This document shows positions 13,916 through 27,267 of a stretch of 64,000 bases of DNA, piece after piece. A program made the position numbers and the translations under genes. The notes below the pieces were generated by a model. It saw only the letters and a program-made list of their open reading frames with translations. It was not told where the DNA came from and did not search any database. Every line of letters begins with the position of its first letter. The stretch's first letter is position 1. This stretch comes from Octopus bimaculoides (Eukaryota), in assembly GCF_001194135.2 (NCBI RefSeq), contig NC_068990.1, positions 72,968,220-73,032,219 on the forward strand. Reading direction: 5' to 3'.

Positions 13916-14170
13916 GAAGGGGTGTGGTTCAGTGGTTAGGGTATTTGGTTCATGACCATAAGAGTGTAAGTTCAATTCCTGGCAGCATATTGCTTCCTGC
14001 AGCGAGACTTTATTTCAACTTGTTCCAGTTCACTCAGTTGGCAAATATGAGCAGTATCTGTATTCCAATAGGCCAGCCTTGACACATTCTGTCATGCTGA
14101 ATCTCCATGAGAACTACACCTAGGGTACGCATGTCTGTGGACTGCTCAGCCATTTGCACGTTAATTTCAA
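13916..14170 (+). mobile_element. SINE family C-like copy
   Basis: ggtgtggttcagtggttaggg ... gttcaattcctgg ... actttatttcaacttgttccagttcactcag. Confidence 0.7.
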
Positions 14171-14842
14171 CATTGATAAAGAAAGCCATAAGAACTGATC
14201 AAATTGGTCTGTAAACAACATAGACTGTTCTGTCCAACAAGAAACACAATAAAATGTTTATGGGCACAGTGTATATAACTCAGTAGAGGAATGTGCACCT
14301 CTTTAACACAGACCAAAAGTCAGTAATTTCAGACTAAGCGATATGCAGGTTGGCAGAAATTACAATTAGAAAAGATTTGTATAAGCAGACAAATGCCTTT
14401 GTGGTGGCCTTTTTATCACAACATTAACTAGTGCTTATTTAGACAAAGACAGTAAAATCCTGTACAGTAGAGCAAGTGGAAAAAAACAACTAATGAATAA
14501 CCAAATAAAATATTGCTTCACCTAGACTGAAATGTTCACTTCTCACCAGTTAACTTTCAAGACAAGATCCTCTCCAGTCAGCTTCATACTTATTTTCCAA
14601 TAATTTTTTTTAGCTGATCTTGTTGTAGTTATTTTTTTTCTTGCATTTAAATTTTAAACATTCCCTAGAGGGAGTCTTTTGTGTACTAATTCGATAGATA
14701 ATCTTTGTTAATCAAAGTTTTTCAATTCACTTCCATTGAACATGTGAGACCCTACATATGTGTATTTAGTATGTAGAATATCCTCCCAAGGTAATTTTCC
14801 TCAGCCATATTGTTGATATTCATAATCAGTGTCACTAGTTCC

Positions 14843-14878
<36 letters not shown>

Positions 14879-15894
14879 TGGTCACTTCCAAAGATGCCAG
14901 TTGAATAGTTTATTCTTTGCCAAGAAATTGAAATATGTCCATTGTTTTCACAAGTTGGTTTTGGTTTTTTCAACTTAAGAACCATTCCTATCCGCATCCC
15001 TTTTTCCTAAAAGATTCCATTAGATAATCTTACTTGAGTTAACTACCATGCATATTTTAAGATTTTAAACACCTTTCATATCAAAAATTTTCAGCTCACT
15101 GTATTATGTATATGAGATCCTACGATATGCATATCAAGTATGCTAGATGCTTCCTTGAGGTACTTTCCCCACTCAACCATATTGTTGATTAACTAATAAG
15201 AAAAGTCAAATATAACTTTAGAGATAAGGAATAAATTGGGAAAAAGTAAAATACAAATGGAGACTATACACAAGGCTAGACATAAAACTAGATATGTGTT
15301 TTAGCTAAGTAAGAGGGAAGAGGATGGGAGACTCATTAATACTCTTTGTCAATACAATTGTAGTGAAACCAACTTCATTTATGATATATTGAATACATTA
15401 AACTGATATAGGCTCAGTGCGTTAATCCATAATGATTGGCTGCTTTACCTATCATGTGAGTTTTGAACATTGGTTGAGTCCTGAGTTCTGATTGGTTGAG
15501 TACTGCAAGGGATTTGGATTAAAGATCCAATCACATTGCACGTAATACATTCTCGAACAACTAATCAGTATGAGCTCTGGAACCTCCCCTTTTTCTATAA
15601 ATTTGTGTAACAAATTATTGAGTCCAGAGGAGTGAGTGATTTTCATGAAGGTGAGTCATGTTGTTTTCTTGCTGTTATTCACCAGAGCAAAATTAATATA
15701 ACAGAGCACATGTAACCAACAATGACCTGAGTTGAATTATTGAAACAATGCATGAACTATACAACCACCAGAATTCATAATATTTTTACTTGGTCCACTG
15801 CACTACTTAATGGAGGAATAAAGTCTCACCATTATTTTTAAAGTTTGTTTCTTGTATTATTTCCACGAGTGAACACACAACATATATAACTTCC

Positions 15895-16111
15895 TTTTGT
15901 CCAATGATTTTTTTGTCCAACGACTTTTTGTCCAATTTTAAATAAACTCTTTAGAAAACAAAGCGAACATCAAAATCAAATAATCATTGAGAATATTATA
16001 GACAGGATTTGTCGTTGGACAAAAAAATCATCGAACAAAAAGATATCAGACCAAAAAACATGGACGTAAAAACATTTCATGAAGTGATGTTGGACGAAAA
16101 GACATAGCACC
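15895..16111. mobile_element. Fold-back type DNA transposon remnant with reiterated sub-repeats
   Basis: 30-bp inverted repeat 15895-15924 / 16011-16040 (28/30). ttttgtccaa occurs three times on the left; ttggacaaaa-like units occur about five times on the right. Confidence 0.55.
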
Positions 16112-16464
16112 ATTATACAATGGTATGCAAGATTCTGAAGTAAAAACCAAGGGGTACTTTACACCACCCGTTATACAATCATCATTGTAGTTTAATGTCC
16201 ACTTTACCAATGCACACATGGAATTTGTTGAAGCAGATTTTCTATGGCTGGATACCATTCCTATCACGAGCTCTCACCTGTTTCCAAGTAAGGTAATATT
16301 CCTCTGTGACCAGACATGTTTACACAGAAGAGTGGAAATGAAGGCCACTACTTGTATAACAGTGTGACATGTTTACAGCCATCAAGAAATTTCAAGGAAT
16401 GAAATAGTAACAACATACACATAAGCATGCAACACATACACATACATGCATATACATATATATA

Positions 16465-16655
16465 AATCATCATCATCATCTTTATCATTTAACGTCCGTG
16501 TTCCATGATAGCATGGGTAGAATGGTACAAGAGCCAGCCAGGTCGAAGTCTGCACCAGACTTCTGTGACTGTTTTTGTAGGAATTTTACAGCTGGATGCC
16601 CTTCCCAACACCAACCACTCTGCAGAGTGAACTTAGTGCTTTTTATGTGGCAATA
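16465..16655 (-). mobile_element. Tail repeat D; variant copy at ~16170-16385
   Basis: Reverse complement of the 8792-8947 type sequence. Confidence 0.75.
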
Positions 16656-16717
16656 CGCATGCATGCATGCATGCATGCATACATACATACATACATACAT
16701 ACATACATACATACACT

Positions 16718-16848
16718 GAGCTTCTTTCAGCTTTCATCTACTAAATCCACTCACAAGGCAGTAGACGCTTGCCCAATGCGCCATGCAGTGGAACTGAACC
16801 CAAAACCATGTGGTTGGCAAGCAAACTTCTTACCACACAGCCACGGTT
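16718..16848 (-). mobile_element. SINE family A, 5' half
   Basis: Reverse complement of head and core. Confidence 0.75.
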
Positions 16849-17444
16849 GTGACTATTAATGATTGAAATGCAGTAAGTTGAGATAAATTTAGATAAGGTA
16901 GTGAAAAAAAGTGTGTCCAGAATAATGTAGGTAAACTTTCTTTCATTATAAGTGAAAGGAAATTACAGATATCTCAGAGATCTCAAGTTAATAAGTCAAC
17001 TTACAAAAATAGTAGAACAAGCAAGCTATTGGTAATGAATGTGCTACAGTTACTTTACAATAAGCAGCAACACTATACATTTACCAACTGAAGTGTGAAA
17101 TCACAATCTGCAGTCAATATACATTAAATTAAAATAAATCTGAATTTAATGTAGATTGTGTATAAAGATACTCCCATACAAAAAGCATGACACTGGAAAA
17201 CAACAATAAACTTGGAAAATAAGTCATAAAACATTTGAAACATTAATATAAATGAAAAACTTGGTCAGCAAACGTAAGAATTACATAGTACTATAGTCAA
17301 ATCCAGAATCTAAAAGTTTATAAAACCTGAAAATTATTAGACAGACAGTCATGTTGTTAATGCACATGCAACAAACAAATTGTTTTAAGCTTGTGTACGT
17401 GAGTATGCACATTTCTGTGAGTGTGCATGCATGTGCATGTATGT

Positions 17445-17445
17445 A

Positions 17446-17526
<81 letters not shown>

Positions 17527-17686
17527 AGGTTATCAAGTGCTCTAGGTCAGACATACATAAGGCTGGGCATATTTTGAAATGAATGAATGTTCCATAGAAA
17601 TATAAAAGTCTTGGGAATTTGACACAACTCTGAGAATGGCTCTTAGACAAAAAGCACAGTACACAAGAGGAAAGACTGTCTCAAAC

Positions 17687-17726
<40 letters not shown>

Positions 17727-17766
17727 TGTGTGTGTGTGTGTACACGTGTGTGTGTGTGTGTGTGTG
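17445..17766. repeat. Two long (TG)n microsatellites
   Basis: About 17445-17523 and 17689-17766. Confidence 0.95.
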
Positions 17767-18016
17767 AGAAAGAGAGAGCGTGTTAGAATTTTAGTATTTC
17801 CCAATAGTGACAAAGTTGGTGCCAGCAAAAGGAAACCGTAGCCAAGAGTGGAAATCTTAGTGCGTATTGTTTGGCACAAGATATGCAATAATACATACAG
17901 ATATAAGACTAAAACAATCACATCTTATTAAAGGTTATCACATTAAGTGATAAGCTAGTAGAGGATGATGATGTGTGTGTGTGCGTGTATAAATACATAC
18001 AGACATACATACATAG

Positions 18017-18170
18017 AAGCACAAGTGTGGCTGCGTGGTTAAAACATTTGTTTTGTAATCATATAGTTTCAAGTTCAGTGCCACCATGTACCCAAGTGTC
18101 TTCTACTATAGCCCCAGGCAGATCACTGCCTTGTGAGTGGATTTGATAGGCAGAAACTAAAAGAAGCCAG
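18017..18170 (+). mobile_element. SINE family A, 5' half
   Basis: Head and core followed by TG-rich tract. Confidence 0.8.
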
Positions 18171-18349
18171 TTGTGTGTGTGTGTATGCGTGTGTATGTCT
18201 GTGTGCACATGTGAGTGTGTCCACGTGTACATGTGTCTGTGTGCACGTGTGTGTGTGTGTGTGTGTATGTTCTTATCTTGACATTGTGTAATGTAAATAT
18301 TTCCAAAATTCTGCAGGAAAATATATCCAGCTATGGAGAAATATTACTT

Positions 18350-18500
18350 TGTTTGGAAACATGTAAAGGTTGGTACAGGAAGAGAATCCAGCCAGAGAGA
18401 AAATCTGCCTCCATAAACTTTGTCTAACCCATACAAGCATGGAAAAGTAGACATTAATATGAAGACGATGAAGATAATGACGATGATGATGATGATGTGT
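18350..18500 (+). mobile_element. Tail repeat D
   Basis: ggttggtacaggaagagaatccagcc...catacaagcatggaaaagtagacattaa followed by (GAT)n. Confidence 0.65.
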
Positions 18501-19682
18501 GTGTGCATGAACAAATGAACTATGTGAGATACGTATTAAAGGCAGCAGCAATAATGAGAAAAAGAACAGTAATTATAATTACTGAATTGAATACAAGGAG
18601 ATGGCTAATGATAAGCAAGAAATAATTTCAAAAATTCTACAAGCAATGTAAACTAAATAATGATACTAGTAGCAAAATTCTAGAGACAGGAACAGTAATA
18701 AATAGGACATGTTTATAGCAGGAGACGTGTTAAACATGTCAATAGAAAATTCCAAATATCTAACCAGCAATTAAAGAAAATAAATTAAAAGATTGTTTAG
18801 AAAATGATAGCGAAACAGTATTGACATGAACCTTTTATGAATCAGGGTAAAACGGCATACAGCTCGTAATATTATGAGTCAACAGAATTGAGAACGAAAC
18901 AGATGATGTTATGTTTTACCAAAAGGACAATTTTTAAAAAATACAAATTAAATTGCTGTATTGATTTCCCTATCAGAAAATATTAGGGACAAAATGAAAA
19001 CAAAATTAAGCACTTTCAGGGGATCCTTTTTTTTTGTTTTCTTTTTTTCTTTTTTTCTTCTTTTTTTTTTTTGCTTTGGTGGGGCTTTATTTGTTTTGCT
19101 TTTGTTTTATCACTTTCACTGCAATTTTAAAATCATAGTTTGTTTGTTTTTTTAATCAGATAAGATTTAGCAAGCAGATAAAGAATAAATTGGTGGCTAA
19201 CAGAGCTGAAATACGAACTCACAATTTAAGAGTTTAGAACTTTTCTATTTTGGGCATAGCTGATCTACGATAGATCTTAATTTATATATATGTATTTAAT
19301 TCCACTATTTATCAGAAGGTCTCACCATATGCTAGAACTTATCCTAGTTTTGAAAGCATTAAACTATGTTTTGTTTTGCTATTTCCTTACTTTTTATTTT
19401 CTTTTTACACAGGAGAAAATATGGATTCAACATTACAAACTAATGGAGCACTTTTCAATTATGTAGTGTCATTCACTGCTGGAAGCAATGAACTGTATAT
19501 CTCATGGTTATTTTTTCACAGTTTGATGGGCAATGAACATTTTCATAGATTTGCTGGCAACACAGTGCAGCACCAGTAACAGGCTATACAGGAGCACTTG
19601 ATACAAGAGAGTCAGTACAAAATAAAATACTAAGAATGAGTTTGCTTATCAAGTTGTTATTGCTATTGTGTGAGTCATTATT

Positions 19683-20083
19683 ACTGGCAGAATTGTTAGC
19701 GTGTTGGGCAAAATGCTTAGCAGTATTTTGTCTGCTGCTACATTCTGAGTTCAAATTTCTCTGAAGTCAACTTTGCCTTTCATCCGTTTATGCACTGGAA
19801 TCAATGTAATCGACTTACCCCTCTCCCAAAATTTCAGGCCTTGTGCCTATAAGAGAAAGGATTATTATTATTAAGGCAGCAAGCTGACACAATCGTTAGC
19901 ATGCCAGACAAAATGCTTAGCAGCCTTTCACCCATCTTCATATTCTCAGTTCAAATTCCACTGAGGTTGACTTTGCTTTCATCCTATCGGGGTCGATAAA
20001 ATAAGTATCAGTGGAGTACTGGGGTTGATGTAATCTACTTGCCCATCCTCTGGTATTGCTAGCCTTGTGTCAAAATTTGAAAA

Positions 20084-20122
<39 letters not shown>

Positions 20123-20380
20123 CATCATCATCATTATTAGCACCCTGGGCAAAATGCTTAGCGGCAATTTGTCCATCTTTATACCTTGAGCTCAAATTCT
20201 CCTGAGGTCAACTTTGCCTTTCATCCTTTCTGGGTTGATAAATAAGTACCAGTTGAGCAGTGGGGTCAATGTAATCGATTTATCCCCCACCGCTACTCCA
20301 AACTTGTTGGCTTTGTGCCAAAATTTGAAACCATTATTATTATCATCATTATTAGGCGCTGAGCAGGCAAAGTTGTTAGC
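19683..20380 (+). mobile_element. SINE family B head-to-tail cluster (three copies plus a fourth head)
   Basis: Copies at ~19683-19870, 19874-20085, 20138-20340 and a head at ~20353, separated by (ATT)n/(CAT)n tails. Confidence 0.85.
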
Positions 20381-21262
20381 CACCCAGCCACCTTTTTTTT
20401 TGGCTAGAAAAAGTAGGCACCCTTATATAGTGCTTATGATAAAGAGATTGTGTGCTAAGAATGTAAGAACTGAATTTCCTCTTTGGTGAAGCTTTTATCA
20501 ATTTCTGCAAATTCCATTTGGTTAGGAAGTTGGTACTGGAAAGGAAGGTATGCCCCCAGTGAATTTACTGAAAAATGGACGAGAGTGATGATAATGGCCC
20601 AGCTGAAGCGAATGAGTGGTTATTCTCTATGCATGCAAATATAGACTAGGGAACACAACTGGAAGATGGCTCTGGTCTTGGGTAATCATGGCAGTCTTGG
20701 ATACACAGAATTCTTTGATTTGTTCTAAGTGGCTGTCCATCTATTGGGATGTCTCATTCCTTTTCTTTTTGTTTACTGTTGCTTTTATGATTTTTTTTTT
20801 TTTTCATAATCTTTTCTATGTAAAGCATTCTACAAATCACAACTTTGAAATTTCTCCTTGTACTGTCCCAGCTCCATCACTATTATTATCTGTGCCTGAG
20901 TGCACCCAGGATGCATTAGTTGCAACCACTGAATACATAACTGTGAACTCATTATTGAGGCACCATTGAAAAGTGGTATGCAATAAAGTTGTTTACAATA
21001 AAGTACCTACTCTGGTGCACTCCTGTTTAAATTAAACTGATTATTCGCAAAAATAAAACCATCAAAAATGATCCGGTAGTATGCAACATGATTTTGCTAA
21101 CTGTTTTAGGCAACTACATAGTCACGAGCAGACACTGCTGATAAATTCTTGACCTTCTTACCCAAGACGCAGTGAGGCATCAATGCTAAGACAGCAGGAG
21201 GGAGAGAAGGCTGCATAGAGCTGAGCAAACTGAAGCAGTATGAAATGAAGAGCTTTGCTTAA

Positions 21263-21476
21263 CCCTTTCACATTCAGATTACTCTGGCTAATGTAATGCT
21301 TATTTATTTGCATTGCTTTGAATTCATCAAGCATTATTCCATAGCTTTGAGATTTTGATGAAGTGATTGTTTATTTTGAGAGTAACATTGTAGGGTAAGA
21401 GTAAGAGGTCAGATTTAGCCGGTTTGAATATAAAACAGAAAGAATATTTGGGTCAGATATGACTGGTTTTAAAGGG
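21263..21476 (-). mobile_element. piggyBac-type MITE, family 1 (opposite orientation)
   Basis: TTAA|ccctttcacattcaga ... aaaggg|TTAA; internal sequence is the reverse complement of 6239-6457. Confidence 0.8.
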
Positions 21477-22529
21477 TTAAGAATGTAAGGAATTTAACTC
21501 GTAACTTTAAGAATAAGAAGAAAGCACTAACTTCTAGGCCACCTTTATAAAAAGCGCTAATAATAACTGCATGAAAAAAAAAAAACAGTGAGCTCTCTTG
21601 AATAAAAAATTATGAAAAACTACCTAATTTCTTCTATGTTTACTTTTTGTGACTATGAAGAAATATATTGATCCCTTCTCTCATGTTTTCATCAATAGCA
21701 ACCTTTAAGACTTTCATTATCAACACAAATAGTCTACACTGCATATGAATTTTAATTTCAGATAATAATAAAAAAAAAAGCATAGTGAGAAAGCAACATG
21801 TGCATGCTATTGGTAAAGATAAAGTTGATATGTTCAATAGCAAAAAAATATGTGAGCAACAATACAATCAGAGAGGGAGGAATGGTAAAAAAGAAAAAAA
21901 AAATATAAAAATAGTTCTTTTTATCCTTGACAATATGCAAAATTACAAAACTCAAAAAAAAAAAAAAAAAAAAAAAATTAAAATAAATTATTTATAGCAA
22001 ACGTTTAATCTTATTTCAAGTAGTTATATTCAGAAATATTAAAAAAGAAAGGTTCATTATAATTTAAGCATACGTGTAAAAGAAAGAAGGAAAGTGTGAG
22101 ATCTTTTTTTTTTTTTTCAGAAAGTGTTTGTAATTCAGAATGAAGAAATGAGCTGGTAAGACAATAATGTGTATATGGCAGTGTCCATGTGTCAACGTAA
22201 GATGAAGACGATTAAGTGTGTAATAATGTACAGGTGAGTATGTCAATGTTTGTAGCAATATAACAAATGATCTTCAGTGTAGCAAAACTCTGTGTGTGTG
22301 TGTGTGTGTGTATGTGTGTGCGTGTGTGTAAATATATACACAAAAACACACAGCTATATATACATGTATATATATAAAAAATTATATATACGTATGAACA
22401 CATTTATAAATATAAATGTATTGTTTATTCAATGGAATATATAGAATACACACACACACAAATATTTAATCACAAACTATGCATATACAGAAATGTATAT
22501 ATAAATAGATTTATATGAATATATATATA

Positions 22530-23407
22530 NNNNNNNNNNNNNNNNNNNNNNNNNNNNNNNNNNNNNNNNNNNNNNNNNNNNNNNNNNNNNNNNNNNNNNN
22601 NNNNNNNNNNNNNNNNNNNNNNNNNNNNNNNNNNNNNNNNNNNNNNNNNNNNNNNNNNNNNNNNNNNNNNNNNNNNNNNNNNNNNNNNNNNNNNNNNNNN
22701 NNNNNNNNNNNNNNNNNNNNNNNNNNNNNNNNNNNNNNNNNNNNNNNNNNNNNNNNNNNNNNNNNNNNNNNNNNNNNNNNNNNNNNNNNNNNNNNNNNNN
22801 NNNNNNNNNNNNNNNNNNNNNNNNNNNNNNNNNNNNNNNNNNNNNNNNNNNNNNNNNNNNNNNNNNNNNNNNNNNNNNNNNNNNNNNNNNNNNNNNNNNN
22901 NNNNNNNNNNNNNNNNNNNNNNNNNNNNNNNNNNNNNNNNNNNNNNNNNNNNNNNNNNNNNNNNNNNNNNNNNNNNNNNNNNNNNNNNNNNNNNNNNNNN
23001 NNNNNNNNNNNNNNNNNNNNNNNNNNNNNNNNNNNNNNNNNNNNNNNNNNNNNNNNNNNNNNNNNNNNNNNNNNNNNNNNNNNNNNNNNNNNNNNNNNNN
23101 NNNNNNNNNNNNNNNNNNNNNNNNNNNNNNNNNNNNNNNNNNNNNNNNNNNNNNNNNNNNNNNNNNNNNNNNNNNNNNNNNNNNNNNNNNNNNNNNNNNN
23201 NNNNNNNNNNNNNNNNNNNNNNNNNNNNNNNNNNNNNNNNNNNNNNNNNNNNNNNNNNNNNNNNNNNNNNNNNNNNNNNNNNNNNNNNNNNNNNNNNNNN
23301 NNNNNNNNNNNNNNNNNNNNNNNNNNNNNNNNNNNNNNNNNNNNNNNNNNNNNNNNNNNNNNNNNNNNNNNNNNNNNNNNNNNNNNNNNNNNNNNNNNNN
23401 NNNNNNN

Positions 23408-23408
<1 letters not shown>
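22530..23408. other. Assembly gap (N run) flanked by (TA)n
   Basis: 879 N. Confidence 1.
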
Positions 23409-23494
<86 letters not shown>

Positions 23495-23506
23495 TACACA
23501 GATGTA

Positions 23507-23720
23507 TCATCATCATTTAACATCAGTCTTCCATGCTGTCATAAGTTGGACAATCTGACAAGAGCTGGTAAGTCAGAGGACTGCGCCAAGCTCCACTGTC
23601 AGCATGGTTTTTACCACTGGATGCCCTTCCTAACACCAACTAATTTACAGGTGGATTGGGTGCTTTTTGTGTGGCACCTGCACCAGCAAGGTCACCAAGT
23701 AACTTGCAAGACAAAGATCC
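23507..23720 (-). mobile_element. Tail repeat D; further partial copies at ~24550-24640 and 24880-25030 (+)
   Basis: catcatcatttaacatcagtcttccatgc...ctggatgcccttcctaacaccaac. Confidence 0.75.
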
Positions 23721-24163
23721 CTCAAGAATCACACCCTCCTTCACAGCCACAGAATTATCTGTTCTCCTCCACCACCATACATATCCCATTCTCCTTGTGT
23801 ACTACACCAGGCCCTCCTCAACACCCTACTCCAGCAATCAACACAACCACATATCAACTCTCTCTCATCCTGTCCTTCTCCTGTCTACTGTATCATCATT
23901 AATATTCTGCTGCTCTTCCTCATCTGTTTTTCTGCAATATCAGTTCATTGCCTACACCCCTACTGCTGCAATTTCTGGCATCATTGCTCATCCCCCACTC
24001 CTTATCCACGATTCACTTACATCCAGCCTTCAGCTTACCCAATCTTTACAGGTGTTACTACCTTCCCTATCCTCACCCATTCCCCATTTTTCATTACACA
24101 ACAAACTTTTGCAAACTCCATCCACTCATATTCCTGGTTCCAGTGGAATTTTGTACATTAAGG

Positions 24164-24306
24164 CACTAGCGTAGCTAGAGGAAGTGGAGCAGAGAGGGCG
24201 GCACCACTTTTGGGTCTGCGGTAGGCAATATGTATTTTTTGTGGGGGCCCAGGGGCAGCAAACTGAAGGGCCACCCCAGGCGGCACACACTCTAGCTATG
24301 CCAGTG
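24164..24306. mobile_element. hAT-type MITE (143 bp)
   Basis: 17-bp TIR cactagcgtagctagag / ctctagctatgccagtg (15/17); degenerate 8-bp TSD cattaagg / aattgagg (6/8); GC-rich interior. Confidence 0.7.
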
Positions 24307-24668
24307 AATTGAGGATCCACCATCACACCTCATCGCCACTACTTTATCACTTTCCAACTCCACCATATCAATCCTGCCATCTCCACTAAAATGTGAGTAG
24401 TCATGCGGCTGCTCTACATCAACAAACCTGTTCTGCTCTGGCCCCTTCACTTATACTTTAACTCCAAATTTCCTAGAGTAAAGTCACTCCCTCTGGGTTT
24501 TCATAATCATGGAAATAGCACTGGGGATCTCAGTAAGTAGGTGGTTTGAAAAAAAGCACCCAGTACATGCCATGAAGTGGTTGGTGTTAGTAAGAGCATC
24601 AAGCTGTAGAAACCACATGAAAGCAGACACATTATGCATGATACAGTCATGATATAACATACCATGTA

Positions 24669-24820
24669 ACAGATGTGGTTATATAGTTAAGATGCTTGTC
24701 TCCCAACCATGTAGCCTTGGGTTCAATCACACCAGATGACACCTTAGACAAGTGTTTTCTAAAATAGCCCCAGGCAGACCAAAGCCTTATGTGTGGATTT
24801 GGTAGAGAGAAACCAAAAGG
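24669..24820 (+). mobile_element. SINE family A, 5' half
   Basis: Head and core. Confidence 0.75.
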
Positions 24821-25902
24821 TGCATTTCAATATGTGTGCATGTGTGTGTGTGTGTATGTATGTATCCCTGTCTAGACATCAAGTGAACATTGTAAGCATC
24901 ATTATCATATAAGCATGGTTACTCATTTCCCATCTTCCTTGAATAATATGTCTGGCCATGAGGAAATACTGCCTCACTTGGATAGAGGTGAAGGTTAGTG
25001 ACAGGAAAGGTAAAATGATGATGATGATAATACATACATACATATATATATTCATATATATATATACATACACACACATGTGTATACACATACATGCCCA
25101 TACATACACCATATACATATCATATACAAATATTGAAAATTTAATAACATTCTAGTTATATAGTTTTTGCAAATAGGATTAATTTCAGAAATTATAAAAT
25201 CTCATATAAAGCATTCGTTTTGCATAAAATGAAATTGTTTATAAATATAATTACAACACAGTTTTATGCAATTCCAATGAAACCATAGTAGAACAAGCAA
25301 TTTTAAAAATGTTCTTGTAAAATTTTCATAAGATAATAAAATGTCTGTAGTGATAGTATACATATTAACTACATGCGAATGTATAATAGATTAGACTCTA
25401 TGAGCAAGTTCCTGGTAGTAACACAATTTCAAGTAAGAGAAAAATTACCAGTACAAGTCTTTTCCTTGGAAACTATTTTTCACAAAATATAATTGTAATG
25501 ACAATTTTGCAATAAATCATAATATATTTTGCGTCTGTTTTTCTGTTAAATACATATCATATATGAAAATCCCATTGGATTTGTATTTATAAATTTTCTC
25601 AAAGAATTTATTTAACAAATCCAAAACTCTTGTCACTGGTTTTTTGCATATAATTTTGCAACAGTTTAATAAGTAATACATCTATAAATATAAATATTTA
25701 GGACAGAAAAACTTTTTTAAAACAAAAGAAAAAGTTAGTGAAGTAAAACCACCAAAAAGTTAAAATAGCATAAAAATTAAGGATGATTCCATGAGAGATT
25801 CACAATATTTATGTAACATGTTCGAAAGTGAATTTTTGAAAACACTAAAATTAATTTTTGTATTTACAAAAATAACTATTTCAAATTATTTAATTTTGTT
25901 TC

Positions 25903-25944
<42 letters not shown>

Positions 25945-27267
25945 TTGTAAATATTGTTGAAATAGTAAAATGTTATCTTGAGAACAAACACTTGAAAAGA
26001 AACCCTACTTTTATTGTTCTTTTAATCATAAAACCTCTTTCTATATTGTATTTTATATTTTCACTTTTGTCACTAAATTTATTACCAAAATAAATTTCCA
26101 TCGAAAATAACTTTGCAGGAGACAAATTTTTAACACTATCACAAACTGTTCCTTTTAATACTGTTCTTTTTAAAATATATAAAAAAATTTTTTTTTTGAA
26201 AATAAAACCTACACTGTACATTATATATAGTCTTTTTTTCCTACTTTTTTTATTTTCAAATTGCATAATTTTCCAGTCACATTTGTTTTTTATATTACAA
26301 AACTAAAACTGACAGCTACGTAAATACTGAAATTTATTTACATACATTTCTTTCAATTAGGGTTGAGAGCAAAATATTACTTTTGCTTTTTTTTTTTTTT
26401 TTTNNNNNNNNNNTTTTTTTTTTTTTTTTACTTTTAGTTATTTATGATTCAGTCATTTGGTTTCTACAGAAGTGTGGTGTATCAACAGAAATAATTCTCT
26501 ACTTTAACTGTAGAATAATAATTACTATTCACAGGATATTGGTTCAGATTTCTTCAAGACATTTATTATTTCTTTTGTACTTTGTTTGAAACCTTGAAGT
26601 CGCAGCTGTGCTAAACTACTGAAGGCATATTAGTAATATAATAACAAAACTCATTAACATTTACATGATAGGAAAGAAGCAGTGATGTTCATGCCTTTAC
26701 TACAATTGAAAAATCAACCCACATTGTGGTGTTGGTTTGCTAAACATTTATATTTGCCAATGGTGTTGACACCAGTAACTAGATAGGACATAAAAGAAGA
26801 CATTTAACATGATTCTTAACATGTTCACATATTCATTCAACATATTTCACAGAAAAGGATAATTGAAAGTGATACTAGGAAATCCAACATCAAAATTTGA
26901 ATAGAAATATAATTTCAATTAGTATAATCCCAGGTAGAAAAGTTTAAATTGTACCAGAGTCTTAACTAATAATCAAATTGACTAAGATAATTTAAACTCT
27001 ACTTCTTATTTTTTAGTATATCTTCAAGAAATTAATAGAGTGAAGCTCCATTATATCATAATAAGTGAGAATGTATCACCACGTAAAAGAATAACTGCAC
27101 AAAATTAAGATTTAAAAAATACAGTAAGAGCCACAAAAGTTCATACTAAATCAGGACACATTATTATAACAAAGCTGCACTTCATATTTTTCTTCATATG
27201 CCATACTCTATGTCTACCAGCGTTGGCAATCGTTGACTTTCACCTACTCCTGTCCCACACACAACAG

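Noticed and set aside
17285-17326. Possible 42-nt minus-strand exon FYKLLDSGFDYST, faintly like a receptor-kinase C-lobe segment
   Set aside because: Too short, moderate splice sites and no other kinase exons in the window.
19413-19579. Strong plus-strand acceptor followed by a 55-codon frame (ENMDSTLQTNGALFNY...)
   Set aside because: No recognisable protein similarity, no convincing donor and no partner exons; such acceptors are common in T-rich DNA.
21160-21183. 24-nt minus-strand segment with strong acceptor and donor
   Set aside because: Lies at the edge of a SINE C-like repeat fragment; no gene context.
23656-24174. 172-aa S/L/P/H-rich ORF
   Set aside because: Begins in tail repeat D, crosses CT-rich low-complexity DNA and ends in a MITE; no recognisable domain.
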